Below, piece by piece: positions 57,301-64,000 of a stretch of 64,000 nucleotides of DNA. The notes under the pieces are model-generated. The model saw only the letters and a program-made list of their open reading frames with translations, searched no databases and had not been told where the DNA came from. The translations under genes were made by a program, and so were the position numbers. Source of the DNA: Sphaerodactylus townsendi (Eukaryota); assembly GCF_021028975.2 (NCBI RefSeq), contig NC_059429.1, forward strand, positions 139,190,001-139,254,000, given 5' to 3'. The first letter of the stretch is position 1. Each line of letters opens with the position of its first letter.

Positions 57301-60300
57301 CCCATAATAGGCACCTTGTGAGGCAGGTGGGGCTGAGAGTGTTCAGAGAGAACTGTGGCTGGCCCAAGGTCACCCAGCAGGCTTCATATGGAGGAAATGA
57401 CAATCAGATCCGGTAGTCTGTGGCTCCACACCGTGGCAGCTCTAAGAGATGTATCTTCCCCTTGTTGTTTGATCACGTACCCTCTTGGCTCTCTTCTGAG
57501 GGTCCTGTGTCTCTTTCGGGGGGCGGGGCTTTACTTTCCACTTCTGACAGGGACTGATCTTCGCTGTGACACTGGATGATTACCCCCACCCCCGCCAAGC
57601 CAGACTGAGCCCCAGGGCAAAAGGCAGTACATCCGTCTGTCTGATGATGCGCCTGGCGACCCTCTTGCCACAATGCAGGAGTTCCTCTTTAAGTTCTCAG
57701 GGAACTGCCGGGATCCAAGGAACGCCCCCCCCCCCACCTGCTGCCCAGCCCCGGGATAGACTGCACTTACCATGTGGAGTCCTGGCTGATCTTGAGACAC
57801 TTTCCTGCAGGGTCGTAATACTTGTCAATGCTCAGGTTTCCATTTGAGTCATGAGCAGAGTTGAAGTTGGTGACCAGCCGAGTGGGTATCCCCAGACATC
57901 TCAAGGCTAAAAGAGAGGAGGAGGAGGAGGAGAAGCAGATGAAGGCCAAGTGGACCGGCTGGCTCCATCTCCTTGCTACCCTCCGCCCAGCCCAGCCCAG
58001 CCCAGCCCAGCCCAGAGAGAGGCTGCTGCCCCCAGCGTACCTGTCCCGGCCACCCCTGCAAAGACCCAGCACTGCCCGTACTGGACCGGCTTGTAGTTGT
58101 CCTGCCGCCACTTCCGGAGGATGGCCACGCTTCCGTCCCACCGGGAGGGGTTCTCGTGGTGAGCAAAGTCTGCGTTCCACTTCCCCTCCAGCACACCGTT
58201 GTCGTTGTCGTTGCCATTGATCTGGAGGGGGAGGGGCAGAAGCCACAAAGGAGTGAGGGGGAGGGAGGGAGGGGGCTGCTGGTGGGGTTTCCATCCTCCA
58301 GGTGGTGACTGGAGATCTCCTGCTATTACAGCTAATCTCCACATGACAGAGATTAGTTGGCATTACAGACCCTCCCCTCCCCCCCTCCACCCACAAAGCC
58401 TCCAGGTATTTTCCCATCTGGAGCTGCTCAGACAGGCTCTAGAAGCTGCAGTGTGTGTGAGGGGGGATGTCCCCACCTTAGGGGGCACGGGAGCCTCACC
58501 ATGGAGCTGACCACTCGCCCCACATATCTGGGGTCACCTCTGCGGGACGTGTCTCCTGCTGAGTCCTGGCGGTGATAAAGGCTCAGATCCAGAAGGAGGA
58601 GGCAGAGGTTCAAGATGCTGTCTTGGAACTGGAAGCAGAAAGGGCAGCCTCAGAGAAGCCCCTCCCATGCAGACCCCTCCAGGAGAGACTCGGGCCTCCA
58701 TTGTGCTGGCGAGCCGTAGGTAGCCAGGAAGGGGGCATCTCCAGAACAGGGTTGGGATCTCAAAGCCAGCCCCCGATAGCCAGCAGAGCACCCCTGTCTT
58801 CAAGAGATGAGTATCTACCTGTCATTTCCTCTCTTAGGACTGAAAATGGAGACTGTCTCCTGCCCCTGCCTCCCCTGCCCCTGCCCCTCCCCCTGACCAC
58901 GTTTAACTCAGGAGGGAGGGCACAAGTGGCAGCATCCCCACAAGTCCCCCTCATAGCCCCCCAGGTGTTTTCAGCCCTGAGACCTCCCCCTTCCTGGCCG
59001 TGGACAAAAAGATCAGACAAAAACCAGGGAGACCCCAGGAAGGGCCCAAGTGTACCCTGACACTGAAGGGAAACCGGGAAACCTGGAACAGATGGAATGA
59101 AAATGGCCGGCCGCCACCCTTCCCTTCCCTCGGTCTCCTTGAACAGGAGATACCAAGAGAGGGTCCAGCAGCACCTTCAAGACCAATCAAAGCTTATTCT
59201 TGGTATAAGCTTTTGTGTGCACGCAGCGGCCTTTAGATGCACTTCTTCCGTTGCAGACCAAACACGAAAGAAACCCGATTGAACCTGCCAGGATTTTGTG
59301 AATGACACCCCCGATGTCACACCTGAGCAGCCCCCTTGATGCCAGGTGTGTTAGGTTTCCTTCTCCCCTCCCTCCCTCCCTCCCTCATATGCACACACAC
59401 ACACGCATGCACACGCACACGCACACACCTGCTTGCCTCCTCCCGGCACCCCTGCACACCATTTTGTATGGCGAGTCTTTCCAGTCCCTTTTGGAACCCT
59501 AGAGCGTTCAAGTTGTGTGTGTGGGCTGTGTGAATGCCTCAGAAGTCCATGAGTATGTGCGCAGTGCGTTGTGCCTCCCCCCCACCTGTGAACATTCAAC
59601 ACTTGCCTGGCCATAGTACCATCCTCGTGCTTCAATGTAGTTAGCATTTCCCACAAAGATGATTCCGTTTTCGTTCAAGACGTACTCCTGCCGTTCTGCC
59701 TCGTTTGGGAGGAAGACGAGGTCGCCTGTGGGACGGAGAGCTGTGGTGACTGGAGGCCCCTGCGAAGCGGGAATTGGCCGCAGGCAGCCAAGTGGACCGA
59801 GGTCCCCAACCCCAGGAGAGCTGCCAGGGCAAATGAGAGCAGGCCTGGGAGAAACACAACGGCCCTCAGGAGGATCCTTCAATAGTCTCTTTGTGTGGTT
59901 TTCTAGCCTGACAGTTTCCCATTATGGGTGCTGATGGGATGTGGATAATCCACTGGACCCCTCCAGCCAAGGTGGAAGTCAAGGGGAAGGGGGGGTGGGA
60001 AGGCAGCCCCATGGGAACAATGGCCAGATCCACCTATGCATTTTTTTCAAAGACAAGGTTGAAACCTTCCACATAAGTGCTTCTTTTTAGAACCAGATGG
60101 CCAGTCCCACAAATCAGGGGCAGCAGCCCCTCCCCCCCAAAGGCTCACTTTTACCTGTAACATGATCCTGAAAATCTCCTTGCCCCTGCTGGGAGTGCAG
60201 AGGGCAGGATACTGAACTTGGAGGCAAGAAATCATGTAAGAAAAATGTTCCTTACAAGTGCATTAAAAACGTTCAGACTTTTAAAATCCCTGTTTGTATT

Positions 60301-63300
60301 CACCTTGTACATCTCTGGCAAGAGAAGTTTGTAAACACGGCTATACGCCCAGGCTTGGCAGCAGAGAGTTCTGTGGCTTTTGAGGCAGTGACGGGTCGTA
60401 ATTCACCTGGGAAGGCTGAGGGAGAAGGGCTGGCGGCAGCCTGGGGCTCAGCACCTTGGCCTGCCCTGGGGTCGGAAAGAGGAGCACTGGCAGAACGCTC
60501 TCCCGGCCGGCCTGGCTGTTTCCCAGGGATTCTCCTCTGAGGTCAGTCGTTGCTGCCAGAAATGAGGAGGCAACCAGGCAGCAGCTGTCCTGTGCTTGGC
60601 CTCGGACGCTTGCAGCAACCATCCCCCGCCCCCCCTCCACTAGATGCCTTTTGGGCATTAAAATCAGGAGCCGTCAGCTCACCATTATGGTGTCATAACA
60701 ATCAGCTGCAACAATGTACCAGTTCCCAGCTTTCATTTTTAAACAAAGTATATCTCTAGCCCTTTTTGTTGCAGCTTATAAGGAGAAATATGAAGCCTGC
60801 ACCTTAACTTCACCATGATAAGGCTAGAGACTTGTTTTTAAAACATTAAAACTGGGAAGTGGTACATGGTTGCGATAGTTTGTTACCATCCTATAATGCT
60901 GTAGTGATCTAGCAATTCCTAGTTTTATGTATTGTCAAAGGCTTTCACAGCTGGAATCACAGGGGCGTGTCGTGTGGTTTCCGGGCTCTCTGGCCGTGTT
61001 CCAGTAGCATTTTCTCCTGACGTTTCACCTGCATCTGTGGCTGGCATCTTCAGAGGATCTTTACTTGCTTTACTGCCATCAGATCCTCTGAAGACGCCAG
61101 CCACAGATGCAGGTGAAACGTCAGTGCTCACGTTCCAGACAAAACCCCACAACACCCCCATTCCTAATTTAATTAGAAAAGGCCTCCAGCTGAGAGGTAA
61201 ATACACTGTGGCCAGGGATGGTGACCCAGGAAAATACTCCCAATGTGGGCAGGACCTGAACAAGTGAGCCTCTCCTGTCCACATGGTGTCTAAGGGTGCT
61301 TTAATTGGTATCTTTAAAAACACACAAAGGTTTGGGAGAGACCACAGCAAAGCAGGGCAGGGCCCAGAAGCAGGACAAATAGAGGACGCTGTCATGAGGG
61401 CCATGAACTCGGAAAGCCAAGGGGTGGGGTGGGGGGCTGTATCAAACAGCATCAGAATCTGCAGCTAGGGAGCGATGGGCACGCTGTCATGACCGCATCA
61501 GCTGGACCCATGCGACATTCACATTTATGGGTCAATCCAGACCTAAAAATTAGGCTTGGACTAGTGGGGGGAATTTTACATTGGACCAGTTGGTAGACCA
61601 TTGGTTTCTGCTGCCTCAGAGACCAGGACACGGAGTCATGGGTTCAAGGTGCAGGAAAAGAGATTTCACCTAAACATTAGGAAGAACTTCCTGACTGTCA
61701 GGGCTGTTCGACAGTAGAATTCACTGCCTCGGAGAGTGGTGGAGTCTCTTTCTTTGGAGGTTTTTAAACAGAGGCTGCATGGCCATCTTTCAGGAGTGCT
61801 TGGATGGTGTGTTCCTGCATGGCACTGGGGGGTTGGACTTGATGGCCCTTGAGGTCTCTTCCAACTCTATGAGTCTATGACTATAGTGAAGAGTTTCAGT
61901 TATTTTCTCAGCTGAGGTCTACATGTGGAGCTCTTCTGCCCCCACTGTCATTAGGGGGGGGGGGTGTTGCATAGATTCTGGATGGAAAGCAGAGCAATTG
62001 GCCATCGCCCCTCCCCTCCCACACAAGCAGGCAGCACTCAGCATTGTGGCTCTGCGGACTCAAAGACGGGACAGGCAGGACGTGAAAAGCAGACTTGGTT
62101 GCAGGTGACACGTCCTCGCAGCTTCCACGTGGCTCCTGGTGGAGTCTTCCCGCTGCTGAGCCTAACTACTGCCCTCCCGTGGGCAGCCTGGGACCTGACT
62201 GCTATCAACAAGACTTGCCTTGTTCTCAACTTTCACCTTTCTCTCTCCCCCCTCCCCCCCCACACACACACATTCCAGACTGACAGTGCTGGGTAGTCAG
62301 AGATAAGGATGCTTTCCCGGGTGACCCACGGAGTTAACTAACATAGAAAACTCTTCTCTCCTTTCCCCAACGGGGGGAGGGGGGAGGGAGGGGTTTCTGC
62401 GGGCCAAATCCTCTGACTCTGGCCTTCGTCGGCTCTCCAGGTCTGGCTATGGAGAATTATGGTTATTCGCCTTACATAGAACTTCCATAAAGACTGCCAT
62501 TGTCGCTTCTGGACTCTTTCTGAAGTCCAATGATGGGGAACCTGACAGCTGGTCCTAGCTGGCTAGAGCCCCCTCCTGCCCTAGTTCTTCTGGCCAAGTT
62601 CCCATTTTTCGCCACATGCCCGAGCCACCTGGGGATGGTGCCACCAGAGTCCAGGTGAAACACCCACAAGGTCACCTGCTTCTCCACCAAGCCCTCCTGG
62701 GAGGAAGGGGGCAGGCACAGCAGGCGCCCGGGACCTCCCAGAAGTGGCCCCCAGTTCCTCCTCCAGCATCGTGCCCCTCAGGCGCTGGCACCAGGGAGCC
62801 GGGCAAAGGAGTCTGGTGTTGGCAGCAGCGGCGGCAGCAGCGGCGGCAGGAAAGGGGCCTTTTCAGCCCACAGAAGTGCCAGGGATCGGCCCCTGAAGAC
62901 ACAAGACTGGCCTGGCTGGAGGGCAGAGTCCCTTTTCCTTCCCTGCAGCTTTCTGCCAGGGAAGTTGTCGTGCCTGGGGTGGCTGACAAGCCCAACATGG
63001 ACGGTGGGAACCCCAGACTTGCTGGGGTGGGGGGAGGAGAGTGTAGCTTGTGCTTCAAAACCACCCCAGGCCACGACTTCTTCTTCCACACCTGGGCATG
63101 ACTGGCTCTGCTGCAGGAGCCGCTGGGAAACAGCTGGGCCGAAAGAGGGAGAGTCCCTTGTGCCGCGTGGCCAGCCTCCTTTCAGAAGCCCCAGAAATGC
63201 CTGGCGTGGGGCAAGAGGCCTTCATGTCGCCCAATGGCCTGGAAAGGACCGCTGCAGAGGCCCAGTGGGCTTCTGCTGCCTCCGGGAACTGGATTTGGGG

Positions 63301-63637
63301 GCCCTGCAGAGAGCTGCCCCCAGGAACCAAACCACCTGCTAGAGAAAGCCCCACCTCTGCCCAAGCAGGGCCCGGGACGCAGGACCCTTACCTGTGCACC
63401 AGGCGTTAAAGAGCAGGACAAACTGGCCCAGCAGCCGGGTGGACACCTTGTTGCCGCAGGTCACCTGTGTGCTCAGCTTGTAGCGCCCGATGGTGGCTGT
63501 GGGGGGGCTGGAGATGGAGAAGGTCACGGCGTTGGCGTCCCCCCCGGGGCTCTGCACTGCGCTCCAGCCGCCGCCAGCCTGTACTCCGGAAACAGCAAAG
63601 GTGGTCCGGGTGTGGTTGGCCTCGGAAGGGACTTGGC
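48037..63637 (-). CDS. Epidermal-type transglutaminase, TGM3/TGM6-like, exons 3-13 (exons 1-2 lie beyond the window)
   Basis: Exons 63637-63392, 59725-59607 (GC donor), 58628-58500, 58221-58041, 57906-57771, 55309-55206, 55117-54875, 53097-52786, 50825-50668, 49595-49471 and 48196-48037 (…[24 protein letters not shown]) are in frame. Catalytic YGQCWVF, DYHVWNE and IDATPQE are intact. TGM3-like strings (ALR, NEGWFVR, ERSQG, DFSCNKF) are mixed with TGM6-like ones (YKPV, ERQEYVL, RVDIT), so orthology is unresolved. Confidence 0.88.
48520..48606 (-). mobile_element. tRNA-derived SINE head (related copy at ~53560-53680)
   Basis: Minus strand shows A-box-like CAGCGGCAGAGC and B-box GGTTCAATCC followed by CATCTCCAGTTAAAGG. 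No complete cloverleaf. Confidence 0.6.
50309..50410. mobile_element. Short hAT-type MITE
   Basis: TIRs CAGCGGTGGGA / TCCCACCACTG; TSD TTCAGAGG (50301-50308, 50411-50418). Confidence 0.85.
55681..56492 (+). mobile_element. 5'-truncated young CR1-type LINE in TGM3/6-like intron 7 (antisense to host)
   Basis: Uninterrupted 211-codon ORF2 C-terminus ([57 protein letters not shown]), then a 3' UTR and a (TTCTTATG)n tail. Confidence 0.92.
60930..61125. mobile_element. Penelope-type repeat with an inverted pair of hammerhead motifs
   Basis: Inverted copies at 61016-61056 (-) and 61085-61125 (+) around a short spacer. Confidence 0.7.
61016..61056 (-). ncRNA. Minimal hammerhead ribozyme motif with GUC cleavage triplet, sense to the TGM3/6-like pre-mRNA
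   Basis: Minus strand reads CCT-CTGAAGA-T-GCCAGCCACAGATGCAGGT-GAAAC-GTC-AGG. Confidence 0.6.
61607..61885 (+). mobile_element. CR1-type LINE 3' end
   Basis: AGATTTCACCTAAACATTAGGAAGAACTTCCTGAC..GAGGTTTTTAAACAGAGGCTG..GTCTCTTCCAACTCTATGAGTCTATGA; same family as 22075-22610. Confidence 0.8.
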
Positions 63638-64000
63638 CTGCCAGGGAGAAGGGGGGCAGAGGAAACGCCTGAGACTCAAGAGGAAAGGCCTGAGACGGCC
63701 GGGCGGGCGAGCCCTTCAGCCCTGGGGCCCACTGGAGGCTCAGGCCAGGGGCGGTGGCAGCACAGGCTGGGGGAGGTGGCAGCAGAGAGGGCCTGCGGCT
63801 TCTGGCGGGGCCCACGCCGCCCACTCCCTCCTGAGGCCTCTCCTCCGACCCCTGCGCTCGCACCCTGCCGCTGCCAGCTGCTCAGTGCATCGCTCTCTGT
63901 GCTGCCTGACATTGCCGGAGAAGGGCACAGGTGGTGCGGCAAGCCTTAGGGTGCCTGGCGGCCATGGTAGCAGGGGCCCTTCTGGCTGTACCCACCACCC

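Noticed and set aside
63950-63966. ATG GCC GCC as exon 1 of the TGM3/6-like gene
   Set aside because: No good donor, and no exon 2 (RRGQ motif) between it and exon 3, so the true 5' exons lie outside the window.
1-64000. CRISPR arrays, rRNA genes or prokaryotic systems
   Set aside because: Eukaryotic intron-exon DNA; the recurring repeats are dispersed transposons, not regularly spaced repeat-spacer arrays.

Overview
GC-rich vertebrate genomic DNA, most likely from a squamate and plausibly a gecko (inferred from the repeat families). It contains spliced eukaryotic genes, so most entries in the six-frame ORF track are spurious. Gene order: (1) the 5' exons of a DDX27-like gene on the minus strand, running off the left edge; (2) a 13-coding-exon ZNFX1 on the plus strand (1878-14366), head-to-head with DDX27 across a CpG-island gap of about 260 bp that holds an IRF/ISRE site, with an indel-riddled patch at ~13145-13265; (3) the C-terminal half of CCNDBP1 (plus strand, to 21046); (4) a complete 13-exon, catalytically intact TGM5-like transglutaminase (minus, 24078-36542); (5) exons 3-13 of a TGM3/TGM6-like transglutaminase (minus, 48037-63637, continuing past the right edge) that uses a GC-AG intron. 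Introns and intergenic DNA carry hAT/SPIN MITEs with 8-bp TSDs, CR1-type LINE 3' ends, tRNA-derived SINEs and Penelope-type repeats with minimal hammerhead-ribozyme motifs in inverted pairs. The best leads are an interferon-responsive bidirectional DDX27/ZNFX1 promoter, a ~215-bp-arm inverted repeat inside a ZNFX1 intron, paired hammerhead motifs with covarying stems, and linkage of genes that are split between human chr20 and chr15. All identifications come from reading the sequence against remembered family sequences; no searches were run.
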